Positions 27,992 to 38,141 are shown, counted from the stretch's first letter. The stretch: 64,000 bases of DNA from an uncultured Vibrio sp. (GCA_965140755.1 OZ223360.1:13280-77279), one strand, 5' to 3'. A program made the numbers and translations. The notes: generated by a model from the letters alone, not told the origin.

Positions 27992-28346
27992 TTAATCGTC
28001 TTCAACCAAACTCTCTTCCGTGTAGTCTTCCGCCGCTTCAGGTTTATTGCGTCCGTTTAGCGTATGGAAGCGCTTACGACCACGAGCGAGTTGAGTGTAT
28101 TTTAACCACGTACGCTCAATTTTGGTTTTTGCTTTGCCTGGGTGCTCTAACACCTTAACGAAGTGTTTCTCTTCGCTGTTTTCCGGTGTTAGCTCGCCAG
28201 TTTCCAGACCAAGCATTGTATCCCCATAAATTGTTAGGATTTCCTCTTCTGCAAGAGTAAAATCACCAGACTTTGCAAATCCGCGTGGGAATTTTACGTT
28301 ATCGTAAAAATCGTTTTTTGCCATGACGGAATTCAGTGTCAGACAT
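27992..28346 (-). CDS. maoP: MaoP/YifE (DUF413) macrodomain Ori protein, with apparent +1 frameshift
   Basis: MSDTEFRHGKKRF from ATG 28346 joins FYDNVKFPRGFAKSGDFT... if one A is removed from the A5 run at 28306-28310. Confidence 0.8.
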
Positions 28347-28495
28347 GTCAACAGCCTCTGTAACCGTTATTGATGAATGTAATGAACTAAGGCGAAAATT
28401 AGGCGTAAAGCTAACAAAAGAAAAAACAAATTTTTTTTATCGTCATGATTTTAATTAGTTGTTAATCTGGTTTGATATTAACCAGGAGATGGTTT

Positions 28496-29391
28496 ATGGA
28501 TGTAAAGGTCTTTCGAACATTTTTAGAGCTGGCAAGGGTTCGTCACTTTGGACGTGCCGCTGAGAAACTTGTATATTACCCAAGCTGCTGTGAGTGCTCG
28601 CATCAAGCAACTGGAAAGTTATTTCGATACTCAATTGTTTATTCGTGATCGCAATAACATTAAGTTAACCTCTGCGGGTGAGCGTTTGATCAGTTATGCC
28701 GAGGTGATGGTCACTACATTGCAGCAAGCCAAGCTTGAACTGTCACTCGATGATGGCAAAGCGCTGCAACTTACCTTAGGTGGTACACCAAATATTTGGG
28801 ATGCGTATCTACAGAACTGCTTGAGTGTGGTCACCGATTCTTTCGGCGGCTATGGCTTTATGGCGGAAGTCATGGGACGCGAAATGCTCAGCCGTAGTTT
28901 GCTGGAGCGCACTCTGGATATGGCATTTGCTTTTGACCAGATAAAAGCGGATGAGCTGAACTGTAAAAAAGTGGCTGATGTTGTGCTTGTTTTGGTATCG
29001 ACCGAACAAGATTCGCTAGATACGGTATTTGATAAAAAATACGTATACGTTGACTGGGGGCACCCGTTTTGCTTCTGAGCATTCTGAGCGCCACCCGAAA
29101 ATCCCGGCACCGTTCTTACGGACCTCAACTGCGCGTATTGCACTGGACTTTATTCTAGAAAAGGGTGGGGCCGCCTACTTACCGATATCTCTTGTTGAGC
29201 CATTTATTGCTAATGGGCAGCTCTACAAGGTGTCTGGAGTGGAAGACTGGCATCGCCCTATTTACTTGAGCTATCGCAAAGCGAGTTCGTCTGTGGACGC
29301 GATTCAACAGGTTGAAGAGATTGTTAAGGATATTGATCCGCTTACCGCTTACAGCTTGCAGCAAATAGGATCGGGATTGTCTGACGAATAA
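28496..29391 (+). CDS. hdfR: LysR-family regulator HdfR, with two apparent +1 frameshifts
   Basis: MDVKVFRTFLELARVRHFGRAAE / LYITQAAVSARIKQLE / VYVDWGTRF; extra bases at AAA 28565-28567 and G5 29056-29060. Divergent from maoP as in E. coli. Confidence 0.8.
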
Positions 29392-29423
29392 GCCATTCTT
29401 TGCTGTGAATTGAACAAAAAATG

Positions 29424-29454
29424 AAAGCCCCTGACGTGATATCAGGGGCTTTTT
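29424..29454. terminator. Bidirectional terminator
   Basis: AAAGCCCCTGA/TCAGGGGCTTT inverted repeat. Confidence 0.75.
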
Positions 29455-29494
29455 CATGAAAACTTGGTTGTACGTTAAGTTGCATGAGGAAGAA

Positions 29495-29650
29495 TTAAGA
29501 TAAAGTCTTGTTCAACACGTTGTCCAGAGCGGCTTTGCTTGCGCCCGATAGCACGAGCGAAACACTTGCTGCCAATAGAGCTAATCCAAATTCATAACCG
29601 TTGTTTGCTAGGAACAAACCATTTTCGAAGTTAGAGCAAAGAGCAGCAAT
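29495..29650 (-). pseudogene. 3' remnant of a DoxX-family membrane protein gene (not in ORF track)
   Basis: Start-less frame translating to ...NFENGLFLANNGYEFGLALLAASVSLVLSGASKAALDNVLNKTLS*, the DoxX C-terminal signature. Confidence 0.7.
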
Positions 29651-29743
29651 GCTAGATAGGTGGTGTTTAGACCCAAAAATAGAGCACGGGTGTGCTCTAT
29701 TATTTTGTTGTTAAAGAGGGGAAGGTTTGTTCGGGAACCACAG

Positions 29744-29947
29744 TTAGAGATTCATCAAACTTTCAAGCGACTCCTCTACATTATTGTAGTGATAGGTTCT
29801 GATGTTACCCCCATCGGTCGTATTAATTTGAATTTCTGAAATCTCGTTTTTTGCATCTCGCTCAATTATTCCGATAGAATGATCAACGGATTTACTCGTA
29901 ATAACCTTTTGGTTTCTAAGCACAATTACGCATGTATGCAAGTCCAT
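29744..29947 (-). CDS. Small hypothetical protein (67 aa)
   Basis: AAGGG RBS; terminator hairpin AATAGAGCAC/GTGCTCTATT at 29678-29701. Confidence 0.65.
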   Translation of the reverse strand: MDLHTCVIVLRNQKVITSKSVDHSIGIIERDAKNEISEIQINTTDGGNIRTYHYNNVEESLESLMNL

Positions 29948-30127
29948 AGTAATTCCCTTTTAGCCGACGTTGTTGTGATGTTCTGGTCTTAACTTTAGTG
30001 TAGAAATACACTAACGCCAACTAATCTCAAGATTGAGTTCCGAAAATGGCTAACTTCAGTAAACGCCTAGTTCTACAATGAACATATAACCCATTGAGTT
30101 GCTCGTTAGAATCGTGCAGGCAAGGAC

Positions 30128-31501
30128 ATGAACATGCTTATACACCCCTACACGTCATTGACGTTTGAGCAGTGTCAGAAGGCGCGTATGACGCGTGATA
30201 GTCGTTTTGACGGCCGATTCTATATTGGCGTGAAAACGACGGGAATTTTCTGTCGACCAATCTGTCCGGCTAATTTACCAAAAGAAGAAAATGTCGAATA
30301 TTTTACTGATAAAACGCAGGCGATTAATGCAGGTTACCGTCCTTGTTTGCGCTGTCGCCCAGATAGTGCGCCAGGTTCGTGGGCATGGAAGGGAGTGGAA
30401 ACCACGTTTCAACGCGCTATCTCAATGATTGATAACGGGGAGTTGTATCACCATTCGATTGGTGAACTTGCAGAGCGCATAGGGATCTCTGATCGTTACT
30501 TAAGAATGTTGTTCGATCAGTATCTGGGCATGTCGCCCAAGCAATATGCTCAGTATCAGCAATTGATGTTTGCTAAACAGTTACTGCATTCGAGTTCTAT
30601 GTCGGTTACTGAGGTGGGCTTTGCGGCTGGTTTTAACAGCACGCGTCGGTTTAATGATGCTTTTCAAAAGTTTCTCAAGTTAACACCGTCTCAGGTAAGA
30701 CGGAATGAGTTTGAAAAAATGGTAACGAACCGAATCGTGTTTCCCTTTCGTGGTGACTTTAACTGGCAGCATATGTTGAATTTTTATCGCTTGAGGGCAA
30801 TAGAAGGGATGGAAGTGCTGACTGAAACCAGCTATAGCCGTACGGTTTGTATCTCAGGGAGTAAAGCGTGGTTTAAAGCGACCAAAGGTGAAACTCATCT
30901 AGAACTGGATTTCGAAATTGAAGACGTAGCCAAACTGCATACGCTGGTTACCCGCGTTCGTCGAATGTTTGATCTTGACGCTGATATTTGCGCGATAGAA
31001 CGGCATCTCAACTATGTTGCCCCAGGGATTGTGAAGAACCACGGAGTTCGTATTCCTGGCGTGTGGAACACATGGGAAGCGGGTGTTCGGGCAATTTTAG
31101 GCCAGCAAGTTTCAGTTAAAGCGGCGATTGGTCAGTTGAACCTGTTGGTAGAAAAACTCAGCGCAGAAGGAGAAGCTCGTTACTTTCCTGAGCCAATTGA
31201 CATCGTGAATGCGGATGTGAGTTTTTTACGCATGCCTCAAAGTCGTAAGAAAACGTTGGTGACCTTTGCACAATTTATGTTGGATAATCCTCGAGCGGAA
31301 CCGCAGAAATGGCTAGAAGTTAAAGGCATTGGCCCCTGGACGGTGAGTTATGCCCGTCTTCGGGGAGAGTCTCAACCTGACTGTTTTTTACATAACGACC
31401 TAGTTGTTAAAAAGGCCATGCAGCGCTACCCGTCACTCAATAATCATACGGCTTCTCCTTGGGGTAGTTATGCAACTTTTCATTTATGGAATCAATCATG
31501 A
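30128..31501 (+). CDS. alkA: Ada(N)-AraC-AlkA fusion, 3-methyladenine DNA glycosylase II
   Basis: Ada Zn motifs FCRPICP and PCLRCRP, AraC HTH, AILGQQVSV, HhH GIGPWT. Confidence 0.9.
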   Translation: MNMLIHPYTSLTFEQCQKARMTRDSRFDGRFYIGVKTTGIFCRPICPANLPKEENVEYFTDKTQAINAGYRPCLRCRPDSAPGSWAWKGVETTFQRAISMIDNGELYHHSIGELAERIGISDRYLRMLFDQYLGMSPKQYAQYQQLMFAKQLLHSSSMSVTEVGFAAGFNSTRRFNDAFQKFLKLTPSQVRRNEFEKMVTNRIVFPFRGDFNWQHMLNFYRLRAIEGMEVLTETSYSRTVCISGSKAWFKATKGETHLELDFEIEDVAKLHTLVTRVRRMFDLDADICAIERHLNYVAPGIVKNHGVRIPGVWNTWEAGVRAILGQQVSVKAAIGQLNLLVEKLSAEGEARYFPEPIDIVNADVSFLRMPQSRKKTLVTFAQFMLDNPRAEPQKWLEVKGIGPWTVSYARLRGESQPDCFLHNDLVVKKAMQRYPSLNNHTASPWGSYATFHLWNQS

Positions 31502-31983
31502 AAACAAACTATACCGAAATGCCCAGCCCGCTAGGAACCGTGACTATACAGGCCAACTCTGATGGCCTACTTGGTATTTGGTTTGAAACCTATACGACAA
31601 AACCGGATGACTTGGGTGAGCGCAACGATCATCATCCTGTCCTCAATCAGACGGTTGTTCAGTTAGGAGAGTACTTTTCTGGGTTAAGGAATGAATTTGA
31701 TCTGCCCCTAGCTGCGGCAGGGACGCACTTCCAAAATCAGGTTTGGCATGCACTGACAACCATTCCTTACGGAGAGACATGGAGCTATCAACAGCTTGCG
31801 GATGCAATAGGTAATCCTAAAGCCGTGCGTGCTGTGGGCATGGCCAATGGCAAAAACCCCATTTCTATCGTTGTTCCCTGCCATCGTGTTATCGGTAAAA
31901 GTGGCAAATTGAGTGGCTATGCTGGTGGAGTTGAGCGCAAGCAGCAATTATTGGCTTTGGAACAGGGCAAACCTCTGTTGTGA
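31498..31983 (+). CDS. ogt: Methylated-DNA-protein-cysteine methyltransferase
   Basis: Active site PCHRVIG, IPYGETWSY, AVRAVG; ATGA overlap with alkA. Confidence 0.92.
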   Translation: MKTNYTEMPSPLGTVTIQANSDGLLGIWFETYTTKPDDLGERNDHHPVLNQTVVQLGEYFSGLRNEFDLPLAAAGTHFQNQVWHALTTIPYGETWSYQQLADAIGNPKAVRAVGMANGKNPISIVVPCHRVIGKSGKLSGYAGGVERKQQLLALEQGKPLL

Positions 31984-32088
31984 CTGTGATGAGTGGGGTT
32001 GTATTCCTAGGCTGAATTGAACTGATAAAAAAGCCCCGAGACAATGGCTCGGGGCTGTAGCGTTTGGAGTTCTGACTCCGAAGTCGCT

Positions 32089-32697
32089 TTATACTTCCTG
32101 AGGCTTGGGTTGGTAACGGCCAGGCTTGTGGTTCATGGCAAGAATCAGGTTAATGATGATAGCTCCCATCACAGATAGAGCGATGATGTAAACATCGACA
32201 ATAAACAGAGACATGACGACGATAGCACAATCCAACGCCATCTGTACTTTACCCGCGCGGATACCGAAGCGTTCTTGTAGAAACAGTGCCAGAATGTTAA
32301 AGCCGCCAAGGCTCATCTTATGGCGAAAGATGACCAGCATGCCCATCCCGATCAAACCACCGCCTAGAAGGGCTGCATACACCATATCGATTCTGGAAAT
32401 TTCAATAACATGATGCAGGTGGTCTACCGCGAAAGAGACAATCGTCACCGCAATAAACGTATTGATGGAAAAACGCCAGCCCATACGTGTTACCGACAGA
32501 ATGTAAAACGGCAGGTTAAGAGCAAAAAAGATTTGACCAAAACTGTAGTCACTCACTTTGGTGAGGAATATCGCTAAACCGGCCGTGCCGCCAGTCAGTA
32601 GTCCGACTTTGCTGAAAATAATAACCCCCAGCGACACTAACGCACTACCAAGCGTCAGTGCCAAGAGGTTCTCTCTAAGACTATGATCTTTGTCCAT
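32089..32697 (-). CDS. YitT-family membrane protein
   Basis: LLTGGTAGLA, FALNLPFY, SLGGFNILA. Confidence 0.85.
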   Translation of the reverse strand: MDKDHSLRENLLALTLGSALVSLGVIIFSKVGLLTGGTAGLAIFLTKVSDYSFGQIFFALNLPFYILSVTRMGWRFSINTFIAVTIVSFAVDHLHHVIEISRIDMVYAALLGGGLIGMGMLVIFRHKMSLGGFNILALFLQERFGIRAGKVQMALDCAIVVMSLFIVDVYIIALSVMGAIIINLILAMNHKPGRYQPKPQEV

Positions 32698-33045
32698 AAA
32701 AGTTTTTCCTTGGTTTAAACCCTTCCAGCCACACTAGTCGCCAGGTTTAGGGATACGGTCGCCAAAATGGCCACCAAATTTATTTAATGTATTTGACAGA
32801 ACCAGATGACTTTTAGCTGTAGGACAAGCGGGCGGTGGTTGGCAATACTTTCGGAAAACAACCTATCCTTAGTAAGCGTTCTCTACCTCATTGTCTCTAA
32901 ACCAACATAAGTTGTGGTTACTTGCGCATAAAATGTCTTGAAAAGTGACCAATGTCGAGTTTTCAACAAACATTGAACTTTTGTTAATCTGTTTAACATA
33001 ATGTACACGTTGTAAAGTTGAGCGAAAAAGACGAAAGGAAAAGTC

Positions 33046-33441
33046 ATGATAAAGCGAGTTGGAGAAGCAGAAATTAAACCTTTGCACCGGCTGAGCTGTC
33101 ATTGTGGAGCGGTGGAACTAGAGCTTTCACTACCTAATGGCATTGAAAAGCCAAGACGATGTGATTGCTCGATGTGCCGCCGTCGTGGCGCCATTGTGGC
33201 TTCAGTGCCCCTAAGTGGCATTAGAATTGTTAAAGGAGAAGAAAAGCTTACGCTTTATCAATTCAATACCCATACCGCAAAGCATTATTTCTGTAGTGAA
33301 TGTGGTATTTATACCCATCACCAGCGTCGCTCAGATCCTACTGAGTATGGCTACAATGTCGGGTGTCTTGACGGTGTAAATCCCTACGACTTGGGAGAGA
33401 TTGAAGTGATGGATGGCGTCAACCATCCATCAGACAGGTAA
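33046..33441 (+). CDS. GFA / CENP-V family Zn-binding protein
   Basis: CHCG, CDCSMC, HYFCSECGIYTHH. Confidence 0.88.
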   Translation: MIKRVGEAEIKPLHRLSCHCGAVELELSLPNGIEKPRRCDCSMCRRRGAIVASVPLSGIRIVKGEEKLTLYQFNTHTAKHYFCSECGIYTHHQRRSDPTEYGYNVGCLDGVNPYDLGEIEVMDGVNHPSDR

Positions 33442-33443
33442 CG

Positions 33444-34880
33444 TTAGTGAAATAAGCCACCATTCAGCCAAATATGTGCAGCGATGCTAGTGGCATACCC
33501 CAGCGCAATCACGGGTGTCCACTTCAGGTGGCCAAAGAAAGTGTATTGACCACGTGCTGCGCCCATTAACGCGACGCCAGCTGCCGATCCGATTGAGAGC
33601 AAACTACCACCGACACCTGCAGTGAGCGTGACCAGCAGCCAGTTGCCTACAGACATGTCTGGCTGCATGGTCAGTACGGCAAACATCACCGGAATGTTAT
33701 CCACGATGGCTGAAAGTATGCCGACCATGACGTTCGCCCACATTGGATTCCATTCGGTGTACATCACGCTAGACACCAACTCCAGATAGCCAAGTAAGCT
33801 TAGTCCACCAACGCACATTACGACTCCGTAGAAGAAGAGTAATGTATCCCACTCCGCACGTGAGACACGATGGAAAACATCAAATGGAACGACGGAACCG
33901 ATACGCTTTAGAGCTTGCTCATCCCCGTTGGCAATGGCGATTGCCGTTTTTTTCGCTAAAGACTGCCTGAGTGTTCGACGCAAGAAATAACCAAAAAATT
34001 GCAAGTAAGCTAAGCCCATCATCATGCCTATAACGGGAGGGAAGTGCAGCACGGCGTGGAAAGAAACGGCGGTAGCGATGGTTAGAATGAATAAAAGAAC
34101 AATACGCCTCGCACCGCGTTTAAGTTCCACATGCTCATGTTTAGTATTTGGTCTGGTATTCGGCACAAACAGCGACATCAAAAAAGCGGGGACTAAATAA
34201 TTGACCAGAGAGGGGACAAACAAAGGAATAAATTCAGCAAAACTGACATGACCCGCCTGCCAGACCATTAGCGTCGTGATATCACCAAAAGGGCTGAATG
34301 CACCGCCAGCGTTGGCTGCGATGACAATATTGATGCAGGCCAGGTTGACGAATTTCGGGTTGTCGCCAGACACTTTCATTACAACCGCGCACATCAACAG
34401 TGCTGTTGTTAAGTTGTCTGCTATTGGAGAAATAATGAATGCGAGGAAGCCTGTCAACCAAAACAATTTTTTAAAGCAGAACCCTTTACCCACCATCCAT
34501 GCTTGTAAGGCATCAAAGAGTCTCCGCTCTTCCATTGCGTTGATATAAGTCATCGCCACCAACAGAAACAGCAATAATTCTGCGTACTCAAGCAAGTTGT
34601 GCTCTAACGCAGCCTTAGCAATGTCCTGTTGGTTGTGTTGCGTGAAGGTGTATCCGATTAGAATCCAAATTAACCCAGCGGCGAGTAGTACCGGTTTGGA
34701 TTTTCTCATCTTGAGATACTCTTCCAGCATAACCAGAGCATAAGCGATGGAAAACAGAACCAGAGCGGTGTAGCCAACGGTAGAGTTTACTAAGTTGAGA
34801 TCATTGGTGATCGCTGCCATGCTGGAGCTTGAGAACAACAAACAACAGAAAGCCGCAATTGGGTAGATTGGCATAGACAT
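33444..34880 (-). CDS. nhaD: Na+/H+ antiporter NhaD
   Basis: LVMLEE, ISPIADNLTT, ANAGGAFSPFGDITT, SAIVDNIP, GGSLLSIGSAAGVALM. Confidence 0.92.
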   Translation of the reverse strand: MSMPIYPIAAFCCLLFSSSSMAAITNDLNLVNSTVGYTALVLFSIAYALVMLEEYLKMRKSKPVLLAAGLIWILIGYTFTQHNQQDIAKAALEHNLLEYAELLLFLLVAMTYINAMEERRLFDALQAWMVGKGFCFKKLFWLTGFLAFIISPIADNLTTALLMCAVVMKVSGDNPKFVNLACINIVIAANAGGAFSPFGDITTLMVWQAGHVSFAEFIPLFVPSLVNYLVPAFLMSLFVPNTRPNTKHEHVELKRGARRIVLLFILTIATAVSFHAVLHFPPVIGMMMGLAYLQFFGYFLRRTLRQSLAKKTAIAIANGDEQALKRIGSVVPFDVFHRVSRAEWDTLLFFYGVVMCVGGLSLLGYLELVSSVMYTEWNPMWANVMVGILSAIVDNIPVMFAVLTMQPDMSVGNWLLVTLTAGVGGSLLSIGSAAGVALMGAARGQYTFFGHLKWTPVIALGYATSIAAHIWLNGGLFH

Positions 34881-34975
34881 TTCTCCCTTGTCTTGTTGGA
34901 GAAATAGTAGCCATAAATGAAGGGGTTAGTTGTGAGAAAGCTCGAATTAACGGTAGGAGCCGGATAATCTTGCCA

Positions 34976-35092
34976 CTATTTTCTTAGTGACACGATACCC
35001 GCCACACAACATAGAATGGCCGCGGCATACAAACCGTAAGTCAGCCAATGGCTTATTTCTAAAAAAGGAGTAAGTCCTTGAGATGCCCACAT
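34976..35092 (-). CDS. Unannotated 38-aa single-TM small protein upstream of nhaD
   Basis: MWASQGLTPFLEISHWLTYGLYAAAILCCVAGIVSLRK*, GGAGG RBS at 35097-35101. Confidence 0.55.
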   Translation of the reverse strand: MWASQGLTPFLEISHWLTYGLYAAAILCCVAGIVSLRK

Positions 35093-35281
35093 ACAGCCTC
35101 CGTTAAATGAGCAGTGTTTTATTACTTAGGTCAATCTAACGGAAATACTCGATGTTTTTTGTGAGTATCGACAAAATTATTGAGGCTCAAGGAGCTAAAT
35201 TTTAGCCAGTGAGAGCTTTCTCTCATTTTTAGCTTGCCCAACGAAATTCTCAGAGCAAGCTATGACTTATATTTAATTGAT

Positions 35282-36307
35282 TTATCTTAGTAATAATTTT
35301 CTAAGTGGTGAAGTATCAATGCCTTTGACACAGAGTAATGTGGTGACGATGGTGGTTGAGTAAATAAACACATCTTTAGCCAAATCTCGTAGTCCGAGAA
35401 TACCTGCCACATTCATCATCACAATGATCACCAGTAGGTGACTAACGTAGATACCTAAAATGCTTGGCGACCATTTTAACACCCATGGCATGTTGCCAAA
35501 GTTGGGGTGAGAAAGCAGCCACATGAAAATACCGAGTGACCAAATCACAGTTCCAAATAAGAAATCATGCGTGTTAAACACGACGTTGTACTGCATCAAG
35601 CCATACGCCTCTCCGAAATGAAGCATCATGCCTATCACGATCAGGAGCAAGGCCTTGCTGTGCGAACATTGCCATTGCTTCTCTCTGGTCAGATAACCAA
35701 GTACAACCAGTAAGGTACTAAAGAAAGGACCATTACGAGTGAAAAAGGGAGAGGGCAGTTCAGTTAACGTAGAATAACTCCCCGCTAGAACGCCATATAC
35801 GTACAGCAATAATGCGATGGGTAGTAGCAGTTGTGACAGTCTGACTCTGACTAAAAAAGCGATCAGCGACACGGCCATAACGAGTGCTGGCAGGAACCAT
35901 AAATGTACCAGTCCTCCTTCGAGGAAAGAGTTAATCGGGGATAACATCAGATAATCCCAGTAACCTTGTCGCTCTGCTAAGTAACCTGCTTCAGAGACTG
36001 TCTGCCATTGGAACGGTACCAATAAACAAATCACACTCCACACCACCCATATCCTGATTAACGGTTTTGAATAACGTTTGACTGTTTCGATTGGAATAGT
36101 GCTGAGCTTTGGCTGAATCAAGTAGCCTGAAATAAGGAAAAACAAAGGAACCGCAAACCGTGACATCTGATTAAGCATGTAACCGACCCACGGTACGTCA
36201 TCCCAGTGCCAGTAAGTAAGTGCCATCTGGCAGTGAAGGCCGACGATAGCTAACATGGCGATGATTCGAGCAAATTCTAAGCTCGCTATCTTTTTGTTTG
36301 TTCCCAT
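35282..36307 (-). CDS. Acyltransferase_3 family membrane O-acyltransferase
   Basis: SLEFARIIAMLAIVGLH, RFAVPLFFLISGYL, HLWFLPAL, SILGIYVSH. Start at ATG 36307. Confidence 0.85.
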   Translation of the reverse strand: MGTNKKIASLEFARIIAMLAIVGLHCQMALTYWHWDDVPWVGYMLNQMSRFAVPLFFLISGYLIQPKLSTIPIETVKRYSKPLIRIWVVWSVICLLVPFQWQTVSEAGYLAERQGYWDYLMLSPINSFLEGGLVHLWFLPALVMAVSLIAFLVRVRLSQLLLPIALLLYVYGVLAGSYSTLTELPSPFFTRNGPFFSTLLVVLGYLTREKQWQCSHSKALLLIVIGMMLHFGEAYGLMQYNVVFNTHDFLFGTVIWSLGIFMWLLSHPNFGNMPWVLKWSPSILGIYVSHLLVIIVMMNVAGILGLRDLAKDVFIYSTTIVTTLLCVKGIDTSPLRKLLLR

Positions 36308-36559
36308 AACTGGTTTACCTGAAGAGGAATTATGCAGCGAAATTAACAGTTTGCGCATAACGGTATGCGTGAAGAGATCAACTAATACGGTCTTCGAAAC
36401 AGGCAATGTCTGAAATTCAGACCCATTTCAAACTTCTTGTCTCATTTGTACATTGAGGTGATTAATATCCCCCGACCAGTCTAGTCGAACTGTCCGAGAA
36501 TTGGTTTTACCAGAATAGGAATACTTGCATAAAAGTACGATCGTGCTAAAAATACCGTT

Positions 36560-37150
36560 ATGAAGAAAGGAAAAGTAACCAAAGAGTTTATTCTGCAGCG
36601 CGCTTTTGAGATTGCCAGTGAGCAGGGATTAGAGAGCCTGACTATTGGTGAGCTAGCAAAACAGTGTGGGATGTCGAAAAGTGGCCTGTTCGCCCATTTT
36701 AACTCTAAGCTGAACTTACAGCTTTCGGTATTAGAGTATGCGAATCAAGTGTTCACCTTACGTGTGATATCGCCTGTGCGAGAGCTAGGGGATGAGCACA
36801 TAGAGAGAAAAATCCGTGGGTTGTTAGATTCCTGGATGACCTGGAATCACTCTTTTCAGGGTAGCTGCATGTTTCTTGATGCGTGGAATGATACGGCAGA
36901 GGAAGACTGTCCGTTGCAAGCCGCATTGAGAAAGTCCATCAATACGTGGCTAGACTACTTAGAAATACAAATCGTGAAAGGTAAAGAAAGTCGTGAGTTT
37001 TCAAGCCATTTAGATACAAAACAAGCAACATTTGATTTGTATGGACAATACCTAAGCGCGCATGTGTTTTACTCGATTAAAGGCGAGGCCGAGAGTCAGA
37101 GATTGTTCTGGCAAGGTATTAATAACTTGTTTGCTCGTTGGAAGGGCTAA
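36560..37150 (+). CDS. TetR/AcrR-family regulator
   Basis: GLESLTIGELAKQCGMSKSGLFAHFNSK HTH. Confidence 0.92.
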   Translation: MKKGKVTKEFILQRAFEIASEQGLESLTIGELAKQCGMSKSGLFAHFNSKLNLQLSVLEYANQVFTLRVISPVRELGDEHIERKIRGLLDSWMTWNHSFQGSCMFLDAWNDTAEEDCPLQAALRKSINTWLDYLEIQIVKGKESREFSSHLDTKQATFDLYGQYLSAHVFYSIKGEAESQRLFWQGINNLFARWKG

Positions 37151-37282
37151 GCCTCCGATTTAATTCAATTAGAACACGCACACATTAAACATTTAGAGAG
37201 GGCGGCAGAGTTCGTCCTTTTTTACCAGCATAAAAAGCACGACCGTTCTATTTTATTTATGCTGCTAGCAAAGGAAAAGATC

Positions 37283-38141
37283 ATGAGTGATAAAATTTAC
37301 TTTAACACCTCGCAGCGTTTTAGCGTCAAGCGTAGCTTGGTTAATATCAGTACCCGTCTGCACCACACTCTGGCACCATCACACGCCAAAAATACCGCAA
37401 GAAAGCTGCTTCTGACACCTGTACGCACTAAGCCGAAAAATGCGCAGCCACACGGCTTGGTTCAAGGGGAGATCAAAGGTTTTGATGGTGTGATTAAAAC
37501 TTATTCTCTTGGCTCCGGCCCTATTTGGATTCTGACTCACGGTTGGTCGGGTACGGCGAGCCAGTTTTTTTCCTTTGATGGAGCACATAGCTTCTAAAGG
37601 CTTTACTGCATTGGCTTATGACCATCCTGCGCATGGTGAGAGCGAAGGTCAATACGGCCACATTCCCGGGTTTATTCGCGGTCTGGAAGATGTGTTGGAT
37701 TCAGTTGGCGAGATTGCTGGTTTGATCGGGCACAGCATGGGAACGGCTTCTGCACTTGAGTGTCGACACAGCAAGCTGGAGAACAAGCCATTTTTGCTCA
37801 TCGCTCCGGTTCTAAACTATGTAGAAAACCTGTTTGGCAGTATTGCGCGATCGGGCTATTCCATGAAACTGTTCAATGCGGTGGTATCCGAAGTGGAAGC
37901 GCAGTTTGATTACCCGTTGCAGTCGATTGACCCGCTTAATCGCCTTTCTGAGCGTGAGTCAGTGACTATCATTGTTCATGATGAACAAGACAAGTTCACC
38001 AAACACAGTATCTCCGCGAAAGCGGCACAGGATATCGCTAATGTTGAGTTGGTTACCACGCAAGGGCAAGGCCATGGGCGAGTCATGAAGTGCGAGCAAG
38101 TATTCCAAAGCTTTGAACGCTTAATTGAGCTGCAAGCGTAG
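37283..38141 (+). CDS. Alpha/beta hydrolase, with apparent +1 frameshift
   Basis: HGWSGTASQFF joins PLMEHIA...DHPAHG...GHSMG if one T is removed from the T7 run at 37565-37571. Confidence 0.8.

Noticed and set aside
30103-30127. Possible Ada box (AAT...GCAA) upstream of ada-alkA
   Set aside because: Spacing is 7 nt rather than the canonical 6, and it sits on the RBS, too close to the start for an activator site.
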